The notes: generated by a model not told the origin, from the sequence alone. A DNA stretch of 64,000 nt from an uncultured Gammaproteobacteria bacterium (GCA_964518565.1 CAZFGX010000001.1:360409-424408); one strand, 5' to 3'; numbered from the stretch's first letter, positions 40,807 through 51,169 are shown. Made by a program: numbers and translations.

Positions 40807-43098
40807 ATGAAATACATTAAATGGTTTTCCGAACTTCATAAAAACGATGTAGATATCGCTGGCGGCAAAGGCGCCAATTTGGGCGAGCTAACATCTGCCA
40901 ATATTCCGGTACCTCCAGGATTTGTCGTTCTATCTACTGCGTATTTCTATTTTCTCGACCACAACAATCTTCGGCCCAAAATCAAAGAAGTGCTCTCTGG
41001 CTGTGATGTAAACAATCCTGATCAGCTCAAAAAAGCTGCCGACAGTGTTCAAAAGCTATTAGCTTCTGGTGAAATGCCTAGTGATCTGTCTCAAGAAATT
41101 ATCACCAGTTATCACGAACTGGCCAAACAGCATCGTGGACATATGGAAAATTTAGCTGTTGCGGTACGTTCTTCAGCCACAGCCGAAGATTTACCAGACG
41201 CTTCGTTCGCTGGCCAACAAGAATCATATTTAAATATTAGCGGCGACGCGAATGTGGTTCTCAAAATTCGTGAATGCTGGGAGTCATTATTTGGTCAGCG
41301 GAGTATTTTTTACCGAGTACAAAAAAACTACGACCATTTCAAAGTCGGTATCGCTGTACCCATCCAAGCTATGATCCAGTCCGAAGTTTCTGGAGTTATG
41401 TTCACAGTCGACCCGATTAGCAAAGACAAAGACAAATTAGTCATCGAAGCCGTCTGGGGATTGGGAGATTATATTGTCCAGGGTGTGGTTACCCCGGATC
41501 ATTTTGAAATCTCCAAGTCTCAATCCAAAATTCTTGGCAAACAACTTAGTACTCAAGAGGTCAAAGAAATCCGCAATAGTCAGGGAGTAAAACAAGAAGC
41601 AGTGCCAAAAAACGAACAATCTATCCAAAAGATTTCCGATGCCCACGTTTTAGAATTAGCTGAACTCGGTAAAAAAATCCACCAGCATTATTTTTTCCCT
41701 CAGGATATCGAGTGGGCCTATGCCAATAACACCCTCTATATCACTCAAGCCCGACCCATCACCACCCTGGGCGACGAATCAGCTAAAGCCACTACCCCTA
41801 AAAACCCCACCATTTCCCTACAAAAACTGCTTACTGGTTCCCCAGCTTCCCCAGGGCTAATCTCAGGTCCTGTCCGACTTGTACCTGATATTAAGCAGCT
41901 GGATAAGGTGAAAAATGGGGATATTTTGGTGACTGAAATGACCACGCCAGACTTTGTTCCTGCTATGAAACGAGCTGCAGGCATTATTACCGATCGAGGA
42001 GGACTCACATCTCATGCTGCCATCGTCTCACGCGAGCTGGGTGTTCCGTGTATCGTAGGTACTACCACTGCGACCAAAGCACTCAAAGATGGCATGATTG
42101 TCACCCTCAATGGTTCTACAGGCGATGTATATGCCGGTACGTTGACCAAAACTCAAATGAGCGTGTTGGCTCCCAAAGCTGAGACAGAGTATGAAGATCA
42201 TACTACCGCTACCAAATTATATGTAAATCTAGCCGAGCCCGATCTGGCTGAAAAAATCAGTCAAAAACATGTCGATGGTGTTGGATTATTGCGTGCCGAA
42301 TTTATGATTGCTGGTATCGGGGTTCATCCAAAAAAAATGATAGCCGATGGTAAGTCGGATCAATATATCGACAAATTGGCCGAACAGCTTGGCCAGTTTT
42401 GTAAAGCCTTTTTCCCTCGACCTGTCATCTACCGAGCCACAGATTTCAAAACCAATGAGTACCGCAGTTTAAAAGGTGGAGAGTTATATGAACCTCAAGA
42501 ATCAAATCCTATGTTAGGGTTTCGTGGAGCGTATCGGTATATTAAAACTCCAGAAGTCTTTGCTTTAGAGCTCGAAGCTATCAAAAAAGTTCGTAACAAG
42601 TTGGGTCTCACCAATCTCTGGCTAATGATCCCTTTTGTTTCTACTGTCAATGAAATGACAGAGGTCAAAAAATTAGTCGCTGGTGCCGGCTTGTATCGTT
42701 CCGCTACCTTCAAACTATTTATGATGGTCGAAATTCCTGCTAATGTCATATTGTTGGATCAATTTATCGACGTTGGTATTGATGGAGTGTCTATCGGTAG
42801 TAACGACCTAACCATGTTGACACTTGGTATCGACCGCGACAATTCTGAAGTAGCGCCAAATTTCGATGAACGTAACCCTGCTGTCATGTGGGCACTAGAA
42901 AAAACCGTCCGCACATGTGCTCAACGCGGCATTATGTGTGGAATTTGTGGCCAAGCTCCTTCAGAATACCCCGAACTTGTAGAAAAGCTGGTAGAGTGGG
43001 GAATCACCAGTATTTCTATCAATCCCGATGCCATTGCTCGAACCCGTGATACCATCTTTCATGCGGAACAAAAATTTATTTCCAAAAACAAAAAATGA
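40807..43098 (+). CDS. ppsA: Phosphoenolpyruvate synthase
   Basis: GGKGANLGE, RSSATAED..ASFAGQ, TSHAAIVSRE, SIGSNDL. Confidence 0.96.
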   Translation: MKYIKWFSELHKNDVDIAGGKGANLGELTSANIPVPPGFVVLSTAYFYFLDHNNLRPKIKEVLSGCDVNNPDQLKKAADSVQKLLASGEMPSDLSQEIITSYHELAKQHRGHMENLAVAVRSSATAEDLPDASFAGQQESYLNISGDANVVLKIRECWESLFGQRSIFYRVQKNYDHFKVGIAVPIQAMIQSEVSGVMFTVDPISKDKDKLVIEAVWGLGDYIVQGVVTPDHFEISKSQSKILGKQLSTQEVKEIRNSQGVKQEAVPKNEQSIQKISDAHVLELAELGKKIHQHYFFPQDIEWAYANNTLYITQARPITTLGDESAKATTPKNPTISLQKLLTGSPASPGLISGPVRLVPDIKQLDKVKNGDILVTEMTTPDFVPAMKRAAGIITDRGGLTSHAAIVSRELGVPCIVGTTTATKALKDGMIVTLNGSTGDVYAGTLTKTQMSVLAPKAETEYEDHTTATKLYVNLAEPDLAEKISQKHVDGVGLLRAEFMIAGIGVHPKKMIADGKSDQYIDKLAEQLGQFCKAFFPRPVIYRATDFKTNEYRSLKGGELYEPQESNPMLGFRGAYRYIKTPEVFALELEAIKKVRNKLGLTNLWLMIPFVSTVNEMTEVKKLVAGAGLYRSATFKLFMMVEIPANVILLDQFIDVGIDGVSIGSNDLTMLTLGIDRDNSEVAPNFDERNPAVMWALEKTVRTCAQRGIMCGICGQAPSEYPELVEKLVEWGITSISINPDAIARTRDTIFHAEQKFISKNKK

Positions 43099-44351
43099 AA
43101 ATCTCTCAAGTATATGCCCGAGAAATTATTGACTCTCGTGCCAATCCTACAGTTGAAGCCGCAGTTTTTTTAGATAATGGTGAATATGGTGTTGCTTCGG
43201 CTCCTTCAGGTACATCTGGCAGCTATGAATCCGAAGAACTCCGTGATGGTGATCTTAATCGTTATTTAGGTATGGGTGTACTCAAGGCAGTTGGTCATGT
43301 AAATAACGAAATCAATCATGCCTTAGTAAATCAATCGTTCGACAGTCCGTTTCAATTAGATAACGCCTTGATCACTCTAGACGGCACACCAAACAAAACA
43401 AATCTGGGAGCCAATGCCATTTTAGCTGTTTCAATGGCTGCTACTAAAGCCATGGCTTCTGCTGCCAAGCTACCTTTGTATAAATATATTGCAACACTAG
43501 CTAGTAATACTTCACCACTGTTTATTCCTTCACCAGTTTTCAACATGATCAATGGCGGTCTGCACGGCGCTGGTAATTTGGATTTTCAAGAATTTTTACT
43601 CATTCCTCGTCGAGTGGACACTTTTGCCAATCAACTACAAACAGGAATTATCATTTATCAAACCATCAAAAAATTACTCGCTCGTCGCGGTGCTATTCAT
43701 AGCGTGGGAGACGAAGGCGGATTTGCTCCAAATTTGTTCACAAATCTGGATGCTTTAGAAATCCTCAATGAAGCAATTGTTGAGACTCGCAAGCAACCTG
43801 TCACAGATGTAGAACTAGGTCTCGATGTAGCAGCAGACACATTTTATAAAGATGGTAGGTACACGATCAAAGACCGTTCCTCGCCTATGGAAACCGCCGA
43901 GTTTATCGAATATTTACGTGATTTAAACAACGAATATCATTTGCGACTTCTGGAAGACGCATTACACGAAGACGATTGGCGTGGTTGGACCAGTCTAACT
44001 GCCGAGCTGGGAAATCAGCTAACAGTCGTCGGTGATGACTTACTGGCTACAAACAAAGAGCGCGTCGCAAAAGCGATCAATGAAAAAGCCTGTTCAGCAG
44101 CGATTATCAAGCCAAATCAAATCGGAACCATTACAGAAACACTCGAAGTGGTCAAACAAGCCCGCAATGCCGGTTGGAAAATTGTCGTCTCTCATCGCTC
44201 AGGTGAAACGATGGATACTTTTATTGCCGATTTTGCCGTAGGTGTCAGTGCAGACTATGCCAAAATGGGCGCCCCAGCCCGAGGAGAACGTGTAGCCAAA
44301 TACAATCGCTTCTTGAGTATCGAATCAGAGCTGATGCAAAATAAAAGCTAA
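43095..44351 (+). CDS. eno: Enolase
   Basis: DSRANPTVE, GDEGGFAP, KPNQIGT, SHRSGET, ERVAKYN. Confidence 0.97.
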   Translation: MKISQVYAREIIDSRANPTVEAAVFLDNGEYGVASAPSGTSGSYESEELRDGDLNRYLGMGVLKAVGHVNNEINHALVNQSFDSPFQLDNALITLDGTPNKTNLGANAILAVSMAATKAMASAAKLPLYKYIATLASNTSPLFIPSPVFNMINGGLHGAGNLDFQEFLLIPRRVDTFANQLQTGIIIYQTIKKLLARRGAIHSVGDEGGFAPNLFTNLDALEILNEAIVETRKQPVTDVELGLDVAADTFYKDGRYTIKDRSSPMETAEFIEYLRDLNNEYHLRLLEDALHEDDWRGWTSLTAELGNQLTVVGDDLLATNKERVAKAINEKACSAAIIKPNQIGTITETLEVVKQARNAGWKIVVSHRSGETMDTFIADFAVGVSADYAKMGAPARGERVAKYNRFLSIESELMQNKS

Positions 44352-44765
44352 CACCCCAACCCCTCTTAATTTAAGAGGGGCAATATGAAAAAAGTATTTC
44401 ATTTCAACAATAAAAATTTATTAGAGCGTAGACGACAATTAAGAAACAACCCATCTCCCCCTGAAATAATGCTTTGGGGGAAAATAAAAAATCGCCAACT
44501 TGGCTACAAATTTATCAGACAATACAGTGTCGACGGGTATGTGATAGACTTTTTCTGTCCTAAATTACATATAGCAATAGAAGTTGACGGAAAATATCAC
44601 CAACTCGAGTCTCGAAAAAAGTATGATATATATAGAGACAAGTGGCTGCTTGCTTTCAATATAAAGACTATTCGCATACCTGCAGTTGAAATTATGAACA
44701 ATGTTGAAAAAGTTATTACTAGTTTGATCCCCCTCTTGAATCAAGAGGGGGGTGGGGGGGTGTTA
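44349..44765. mobile_element. Putative selfish element: DUF559 gene between inverted palindromic repeats
   Basis: Left TAACACCCCAACCCCTCTTAATTTAAGAGGGG (44349-44380); right CCCCCTCTTGAATCAAGAGGGGGGTGGGGGGGTGTTA (44729-44765). Confidence 0.7.
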
Positions 44766-44768
44766 TGA
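44385..44768 (+). CDS. DUF559/Vsr-like endonuclease
   Basis: RRQLRNN...E..LW, KFIRQ, YVIDFFC, IEVDGKYH, RD.WL. Confidence 0.93.
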   Translation: MKKVFHFNNKNLLERRRQLRNNPSPPEIMLWGKIKNRQLGYKFIRQYSVDGYVIDFFCPKLHIAIEVDGKYHQLESRKKYDIYRDKWLLAFNIKTIRIPAVEIMNNVEKVITSLIPLLNQEGGGGVL

Positions 44769-46408
44769 CTCATCTAAAACCCGTAGTTCTGGCTATCTTA
44801 GACGGTTGGGGAATCGCCCCTTCGGGTGAGGGCAATGCTATTAGTCTGGCCAAGACGCCAAACATGTCCAAATTTTGGAGTGCATTTGTCCACACCCAAC
44901 TTATCGCTCATGGGGAATCTGTCGGACTCCCTAAGCGCGAACCGGGTAACACAGAAACAGGTCACTTAAATATTGGCGCAGGCAGTATTATTTACCAGGA
45001 TTTGCCTAGAATAAATATGTCTATTGCCGATGGCAGTTTCTTTCAAAACCAACAGCTCCAAGCTGCTGCCGCTCATGCCAAAAAATTTAATAGCGATGTA
45101 CATTTGTTGGGTTTGGTTGGTGGTGGTGGAGTTCATTCAGATTTGTCACATTTTTATGCGTTAATTCGCTTTTTACATGAACAAAATATCAACAATGTCT
45201 ATATTCATGTCTTCACAGATGGTCGAGATTCCCCACCCTCATCAGCAATCACCTATATCAACCAGCTCGAATCAGTTTTAAACCAGGAAAAAACTGGAAA
45301 AATTGCTTCTGTCATGGGCAGGTATTACGCTATGGATCGTGATTTTCGCTGGGATAGGACAGCCAAAGCCTACGAATGTCTGACGCATGGCACTGGCAAA
45401 TCAGCCGAATCTGTCCAGCAAGCTGTCTCAAATGCTTACTCCCAAAATTTAACCGATGAATTTATAGAACCAACAATTATCACTAAAGAAAAAAACATCC
45501 CCTTGGCACTGATCAAATCGAACGATGTGGCAATATTTGTTAATTTTCGTATCGACCGTCCTCGTCAGCTCACAAAAGCCTTTGTTCTAGACGACTTTGA
45601 AAATACTGCCAACACCGTCGGTTGGGACCCTTTTGCCACCAAATACCAAAAAAAACATGTCGCTGAAAATGAATCATCAAGTCGCCCCAAGCCTTTTACC
45701 CGAGGTTCAAAAATAGACAATCTCTTTTTTATTACAATGACTGAATATGAAAAAAATCTACCAGTCCAAATTGCCTTTCCACCTCAAGCAGTAGACAACC
45801 CCGTCGCACGAGTAATATCCGAACATGGACTACGCCAAATACACATGTCGGAATCCGAAAAAGAACGTTTTGTTACCTATTACTTCAATGGTCTGCGTGA
45901 CGCACCGTTTACAAGTGAAGAACATCTCATTGTCCCATCCCCAAAGGTACCTACATATGACAAAAAGCCAGAAATGTCTGCACGTGAACTCACGACTCAA
46001 GTAATAGACAAAATTACTTCCCAGGCGTACGACTTTATTGTGGTCAACTTTGCCAATCCGGATATGGTTGGCCACACAGGCAATATTCCAGCAGCAATTA
46101 AAGCTTGTGAAACAGTCGATGAGTGTATCGGTAAAATTGCAGATACTGTTTTAGCTATTGGTGGCGCTCTATTTGTCACGGCCGACCATGGCAATGTCGA
46201 AGAAATGATCAATCTGACAACAGGTCTGTCAGACACAGAGCACAATGCCAATCCAGTGCCAGCAATTATTGTTTCCAAAGAGACTCAGACCGCGTCACAA
46301 GTGCCTCAAGGTATTCTGGCCGATGTTGCCCCCACACTGCTTCATCTACTCCAGATTCCTATCCCCATCACTATGACTGGTCGCAATCTGCTTGGGAATA
46401 TACACTAA
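44765..46408 (+). CDS. gpmI: 2,3-bisphosphoglycerate-independent phosphoglycerate mutase
   Basis: ILDGWG, GNTETGH, TDGRD, GRYYAMDRD, NPDMVGHTG, TADHGN. Confidence 0.97.
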   Translation: MTHLKPVVLAILDGWGIAPSGEGNAISLAKTPNMSKFWSAFVHTQLIAHGESVGLPKREPGNTETGHLNIGAGSIIYQDLPRINMSIADGSFFQNQQLQAAAAHAKKFNSDVHLLGLVGGGGVHSDLSHFYALIRFLHEQNINNVYIHVFTDGRDSPPSSAITYINQLESVLNQEKTGKIASVMGRYYAMDRDFRWDRTAKAYECLTHGTGKSAESVQQAVSNAYSQNLTDEFIEPTIITKEKNIPLALIKSNDVAIFVNFRIDRPRQLTKAFVLDDFENTANTVGWDPFATKYQKKHVAENESSSRPKPFTRGSKIDNLFFITMTEYEKNLPVQIAFPPQAVDNPVARVISEHGLRQIHMSESEKERFVTYYFNGLRDAPFTSEEHLIVPSPKVPTYDKKPEMSARELTTQVIDKITSQAYDFIVVNFANPDMVGHTGNIPAAIKACETVDECIGKIADTVLAIGGALFVTADHGNVEEMINLTTGLSDTEHNANPVPAIIVSKETQTASQVPQGILADVAPTLLHLLQIPIPITMTGRNLLGNIH

Positions 46409-47029
46409 AATTGTCACCTCGCCCTTCAGCTGTGCAATGTCACTCGGGTCATCGTTGTACAAAATAAATCGTTCGTGAAACTTCGTCAGCTCATTTGCAA
46501 CGACAATGTCTGCATCAGGATATGTAGTACGCAGTGTTTCAAGAGTTTTCACCAATCGTACTGGAGATTCAAAAAAAATGTTCGTGGCTTCAGGTAGCAA
46601 TGAATATTTTTTGTCCCAAAAACCCCAAAACAAAAATCTATTACTTGGTAATCCTGCCGCCGATAGAGCAGTGGTGACAGCAGACACCCCAGGAATAGGT
46701 ACTACCTTCACCCCTAGCTCCAAAGCCCGTCTGACGATTTTAAACCCGGGATCTGATATGAGTGGTGTACCTGCATCGGAGACAAGTGCCACATCCTCTG
46801 CGATCAATACGGCCATAAGTTTGTCGACCTGATCTCTTTCATTCCAGTCTCGGATAGATAAATACTGTTTTGAGATCGGTGCATCTTTTGCTAAGAGTTT
46901 GAGTAGTTGTCCAGTCCGTCGCGTATCCTCGCAGGCAATCACGCGTGTAGCCAACAAAATGTCTCTGGCTCGCAAGGTAATATCTTGCAAGTTGCCGATA
47001 GGTGTTGCTACCACGTATAATGTCCCCAT
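46346..47029 (-). CDS. rsmI: 16S rRNA C1402 2'-O-methyltransferase
   Basis: LYVVATPIGNL.DIT.RA, CEDTR, VSDAGTPLISDPG, ELTKFHE. Confidence 0.96.
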   Translation of the reverse strand: MGTLYVVATPIGNLQDITLRARDILLATRVIACEDTRRTGQLLKLLAKDAPISKQYLSIRDWNERDQVDKLMAVLIAEDVALVSDAGTPLISDPGFKIVRRALELGVKVVPIPGVSAVTTALSAAGLPSNRFLFWGFWDKKYSLLPEATNIFFESPVRLVKTLETLRTTYPDADIVVANELTKFHERFILYNDDPSDIAQLKGEVTILVYIPKQIATSHSDGDRNLE

Positions 47030-47666
47030 GAGCCAGATTATAGACCTAGTTCATCATCTTCTAAAACCGGAAAACTTTTTAGTCTCACTCGGTCCTTGGG
47101 CGGTCATTGCGGTCACAGCCATCGTATTTGCCGAATCTGGACTCTTTTTTGGCTTCTTCTTGCCTGGGGATAGTCTGTTATTCACTGCCGGACTTTTAGC
47201 ATCTCAAGGCTATGTAAATATATTTTTACTATTAGTCTGTAGTTTTGCCGCTGCAGTCTTGGGCGACAATGTTGGCTATATGTTTGGCCACAAAGTCGGG
47301 CCCAGAATTTTTGCCCGCGAAGACTCAAAGTTATTCAAAAAACATCATTTAGAAGCCGCCAAAAAGTTTTATGAAAAACACGGCTCCAAAACTATAGTTT
47401 TAGCTAGATTTGTCCCATTTGTTCGCACATTTGCCCCAATCGTTGCTGGTGCTGCCCAAATGCCATACCGGACATTTATGACCTACAATCTATTAGGAGG
47501 ACTGCTTTGGGCCGTTGGTCTTACCCTCATGGGGTATTTCTTGGGCAATATTCCCTTTATTCGTCAACACAATGAAACCATTATTATAATTATCATTTTA
47601 GTTTCCGTGGTTCCTGTAATCACCCACGCAATCCAAGCGAAACTCGATTCCAAAAAAACTCACTAG
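47028..47666 (+). CDS. dedA: DedA family membrane protein
   Basis: FAESGL..GFFLPGDSLL, ARFVPFVRTFAP; start at ATG 47028. Confidence 0.93.
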   Translation: MSQIIDLVHHLLKPENFLVSLGPWAVIAVTAIVFAESGLFFGFFLPGDSLLFTAGLLASQGYVNIFLLLVCSFAAAVLGDNVGYMFGHKVGPRIFAREDSKLFKKHHLEAAKKFYEKHGSKTIVLARFVPFVRTFAPIVAGAAQMPYRTFMTYNLLGGLLWAVGLTLMGYFLGNIPFIRQHNETIIIIIILVSVVPVITHAIQAKLDSKKTH

Positions 47667-48298
47667 TTACTAGCACTAAATTTTCGTATCACTCCCACAC
47701 ATCGGCCCTGGATTTTTACTTTGGTCACAAAAATAGGGGACATCGTAGAATTTGCTGGTTCCAGTCTTACTCGTGTTGCTTCTTTGTAATAGCGTTTTAA
47801 TGTGGCAAAACCATTGTCCAAAAGTGCTACGACTACATCACCATTTTTAGCATCTTCCACTTGTTCTATTACTACATAATCTTTGTCATATATTCCTGCT
47901 TCAATCATTGATTCTCCTTTTACTTGCAAGACAAAACAACGTTTTTTGCTATTGATCATACTAGGTGGTACAGCAAAAGTAGCACTTGGATCAGTAAATG
48001 GTTCTATTGGTTGTCCAGCAGCAATAAAACCCATAACAGGCAGGTCAATTGCTGCTACTGATTGCGTCCGATCAGCAGCTTGTTTGTCTAATATTTCTAT
48101 ACCTCGTACCGAGCCGTCAAATCGTTTGATTACCCCTTTACGTTCCATGGCTTCCAAATGTTCGTGAACTGTTGCCAGTGAAGACACTCCCAATGCTTTA
48201 GCAATTTCTTGTAGAGTTGGGGAGTAACCATTGGTTTGGATATATTGAGCTACAAAATCCAAAATCTGTCTTTGGCGATTATAGAGTGTGACTGGCAT
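47663..48298 (-). CDS. lexA: SOS repressor LexA
   Basis: RQRQILDF..GYSPTLQEI HTH, AAG cleavage site, GESM, TLKR. Confidence 0.96.
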   Translation of the reverse strand: MPVTLYNRQRQILDFVAQYIQTNGYSPTLQEIAKALGVSSLATVHEHLEAMERKGVIKRFDGSVRGIEILDKQAADRTQSVAAIDLPVMGFIAAGQPIEPFTDPSATFAVPPSMINSKKRCFVLQVKGESMIEAGIYDKDYVVIEQVEDAKNGDVVVALLDNGFATLKRYYKEATRVRLEPANSTMSPIFVTKVKIQGRCVGVIRKFSASN

Positions 48299-48304
48299 AC
48301 CCTT

Positions 48305-48333
48305 AATCTACCCGAAGAAAAACCAAATGTCAA
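48305..48333 (-). promoter_or_regulatory. lexA promoter (TTGACA-N17-TAGATT-N6-ATG) with candidate LexA box TTTGG-N6-TTCGG in the spacer
   Basis: Direct reading; repeat spans 48312-48327. Confidence 0.7.
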
Positions 48334-48584
48334 CTACCCAGATGCTCAAATTCTCGTTTAGTTACATAACTAGTATCCAACACTTCTACTACTCGATCAA
48401 TAATTGACTCGGACATATCTTTTAAATCTTCTTTTGTAGCAAATTGCTCTAGATCTTTTTTAGTGGCAAACCGTTCCAAGTCCTCCTTTGTAGCAAAAGT
48501 GTCAAATCGTTTTTCTAGACTCAGTCGAAAATCTGCCAATGCTTCTAGTAATTGTTCTTGAGTCAACGGAGCCTGTGGAACCAT
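48330..48584 (-). CDS. Small protein with tandem FATKEDL repeats
   Basis: Three 10-aa repeats; TAATAT-N6-ATG. Confidence 0.75.
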   Translation of the reverse strand: MVPQAPLTQEQLLEALADFRLSLEKRFDTFATKEDLERFATKKDLEQFATKEDLKDMSESIIDRVVEVLDTSYVTKREFEHLGS

Positions 48585-48617
48585 AAAACTATATTACCAG
48601 ATCTGTATAATGAAGTC

Positions 48618-50651
48618 GTGTTTAAGCTTCATAGTAATTACAAACCCACAGGAGATCAGCCTACAGCTATAAAACAGCTTTCTGCTGGCTTAGACAAAGG
48701 TCTCGATCATCAAGTACTTTTGGGTGTTACTGGTTCAGGTAAGACCTTCACTATGGCCAATGTAATTCAGCATTATCAGATGCCTACGTTGGTCATATCT
48801 CACAACAAGACTTTGGCTGCCCAGCTGTATCAAGAATTCAAGGAATTTTTCCCAGAAAATGCCGTGTCCTATTTTGTCTCTTATTATGATTATTATCAGC
48901 CAGAAGCGTATATTCCCCAAAGTGATACCTATATCGAGAAAGAAACTGATATCAACGATGAGATCGACAAGCTGCGATTAGCCGCCACAACAAATCTTCT
49001 TACCCGCAAAGACACTATTGTCGTCGCTTCTGTTTCCTGTATTTACAATCTTGGTTCACCAGTCGAGTATGGCAAATCTATTTTAGATTTAGTCGAAGGT
49101 CTCCAAGTGACACGGGATCAAATTTTCATGCGTTTAAATGATATTCAATATGTTCGTTCAGATTACGATTTTCATCGTGGAACCTATCGTATTCGCGGCG
49201 ATGTGGTGGATATTTATCCAGCATACGAAGATGTATGTATTCGTGTACACCACAATCTGGGCAAAATCATGCGAATCGAAAAACTAAATCCTTTGACTGG
49301 TGACCAGATTCCTTGGCCACCAGAACAAATGTCGCACCGAGTGACTATTTATCCAGCCAAACATTATATTGCTGGCAAAGACAACCAGGCCGAAAAATTG
49401 ACCGAAATCATGGCCGACATGGAAGCACAAGTCAAACATTTTGAAAGTATTGGCAAGCCACTCGAAGCCCACCGAATCAAACAACGAGTCACCTATGATA
49501 TCGAAATGTTACGCGAACTCGGGTATGTCAACGGTATAGAAAATTATTCTCGCTACTTTGATGGCCGTAATCCCGGTGATCCTCCGTATGCACTGCTTGA
49601 ATACTTCCCTAAAGATTATTTGCTAATCATCGACGAATCACACATGAGTCTGCCGCAAATTCGTGGCATGTACAATGGCGATCGAGCCAGAAAATCCGTG
49701 CTTATTGATTATGGTTTCCGCCTCCCAGCAGCGCTCGACAATCGGCCATTACGTTTCGACGAATTCCAACGCCGCCAAGGCAAAACCGTCTATGTCTCAG
49801 CTACTCCAGACGAGTATGAAGTCTCGCTCGCCGAAGGCAATATTGCCGAACAATTAATTCGTCCTACTGGTCTAGTTGATCCGAAAATTGAAATTCGCCC
49901 CACTGATGGCCAAATTGCCGATTTAGTCAAAGAAATAAAACTCCGCACCGCCAAAAAACAACGCGTGCTAGTCACTACGTTGACAAAACGCATGGCCGAA
50001 GATCTGACCAGCTATCTACTCGAGCAAGATATTAAGGTTCAATATTTACATGCCGACGTAGAGACGCTAGAGCGTCTAGATATCTTGGCCGATTTGCGCA
50101 CTGGGTCGTACGATGTGGTCGTCGGTATCAATTTGTTGCGCGAAGGCTTAGATCTGCCAGAGGTTTCTCTGGTGGCTATTTTAGATGCCGACAAAGAAGG
50201 TTTCTTGCGTTCTCGTACTTCACTTATTCAGACCATGGGTCGGGCTGCTCGTCACGTAGAAGGTGTCGTGATTATGTACGCCGACAAAACCACAGATTCT
50301 ATGAAAGCGGCCATTGGCGAAGTCGAACGTCGCCGAGAAATTCAAATCAAATACAACACCGATCACAATATTACACCTCAATCGATTATGAAAGCTGTTC
50401 GTGAACGTATTGTGGAAAAGACTTCGGACGAACCCATCAAGCTCGACCCCAAACAAATCCTCAAATCCAAACGCCTTATTGATGCCGCCGATGTAGACAT
50501 GTCCAAGGTCAACCAACTCGCGCCTTCTGATATGACCAAACTGCTCAAAATGATGTCTCGTCAAATGCATGAAGCCGCCAAACAGTTAGATTTTGAAACC
50601 GCCGCCAAAATCCGCGACCGAATTCAAGAGATAGAAAAAATTGCTCAATAA
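48618..50651 (+). CDS. uvrB: Excinuclease ABC subunit B
   Basis: GDQP, GVTGSGKT, YYDYYQPEAY, IDESH, QTMGRAAR; GTG start 6 nt after TATAAT. Confidence 0.98.
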   Translation: MFKLHSNYKPTGDQPTAIKQLSAGLDKGLDHQVLLGVTGSGKTFTMANVIQHYQMPTLVISHNKTLAAQLYQEFKEFFPENAVSYFVSYYDYYQPEAYIPQSDTYIEKETDINDEIDKLRLAATTNLLTRKDTIVVASVSCIYNLGSPVEYGKSILDLVEGLQVTRDQIFMRLNDIQYVRSDYDFHRGTYRIRGDVVDIYPAYEDVCIRVHHNLGKIMRIEKLNPLTGDQIPWPPEQMSHRVTIYPAKHYIAGKDNQAEKLTEIMADMEAQVKHFESIGKPLEAHRIKQRVTYDIEMLRELGYVNGIENYSRYFDGRNPGDPPYALLEYFPKDYLLIIDESHMSLPQIRGMYNGDRARKSVLIDYGFRLPAALDNRPLRFDEFQRRQGKTVYVSATPDEYEVSLAEGNIAEQLIRPTGLVDPKIEIRPTDGQIADLVKEIKLRTAKKQRVLVTTLTKRMAEDLTSYLLEQDIKVQYLHADVETLERLDILADLRTGSYDVVVGINLLREGLDLPEVSLVAILDADKEGFLRSRTSLIQTMGRAARHVEGVVIMYADKTTDSMKAAIGEVERRREIQIKYNTDHNITPQSIMKAVRERIVEKTSDEPIKLDPKQILKSKRLIDAADVDMSKVNQLAPSDMTKLLKMMSRQMHEAAKQLDFETAAKIRDRIQEIEKIAQ

Positions 50652-50668
50652 TTTGTTAGACTAGATAC

Positions 50669-51169
50669 ATGCCTGAGTCAACTACGGGTTTAGATTATTT
50701 GACGAAAGAAAAACGTCGCAAATTTCCACTTCGAAAAGATCATGTAGATAAAAAACGCTCAGGCGAAAATAAAAAACATTTTTTGAAACGTGAAGAAAAA
50801 GCTGAAACAGCATATCAGCGTCATAAATTACCCCGTTTCGATGAAGAAATAGGTGAACCAGAATTAATCGAATCCCCATCACCTTTCCCTTCAGCTGAAA
50901 CAGAGCCTGAAATGCTCAAAGCAGAGCTAATGTACGAATTAAGTAATGAAGTCTGGAATTTAGTAAATGAAACTGATAAATCCGAAGAGAACAAGTCTCG
51001 TTACACAATAGAACAAATATTTTCGACTGCCGAGGTAATAGCTGTGTACGCAAAAAAGTATCCTGACCTAGACCTATCTCGTCCAATGCGACGGTTAATG
51101 GAAAATACGCAAGTGATGTTTAGTGAGTCTTTTAGTCCGATTGTTGAAGATGAGGATGTGATGCAATAA
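50669..51169 (+). CDS. Hypothetical charged protein
   Basis: 166-aa ORF; TAGACT-N6-ATG. Confidence 0.7.
   Translation: MPESTTGLDYLTKEKRRKFPLRKDHVDKKRSGENKKHFLKREEKAETAYQRHKLPRFDEEIGEPELIESPSPFPSAETEPEMLKAELMYELSNEVWNLVNETDKSEENKSRYTIEQIFSTAEVIAVYAKKYPDLDLSRPMRRLMENTQVMFSESFSPIVEDEDVMQ

Noticed and set aside
46899-47027. N-terminal extension of dedA
   Set aside because: It is antisense to the conserved rsmI N-terminus; DedA-like sequence starts at 47028.
48552-48617. N-terminal extension of uvrB
   Set aside because: UvrB-like sequence begins at GTG 48618, 6 nt after TATAAT.
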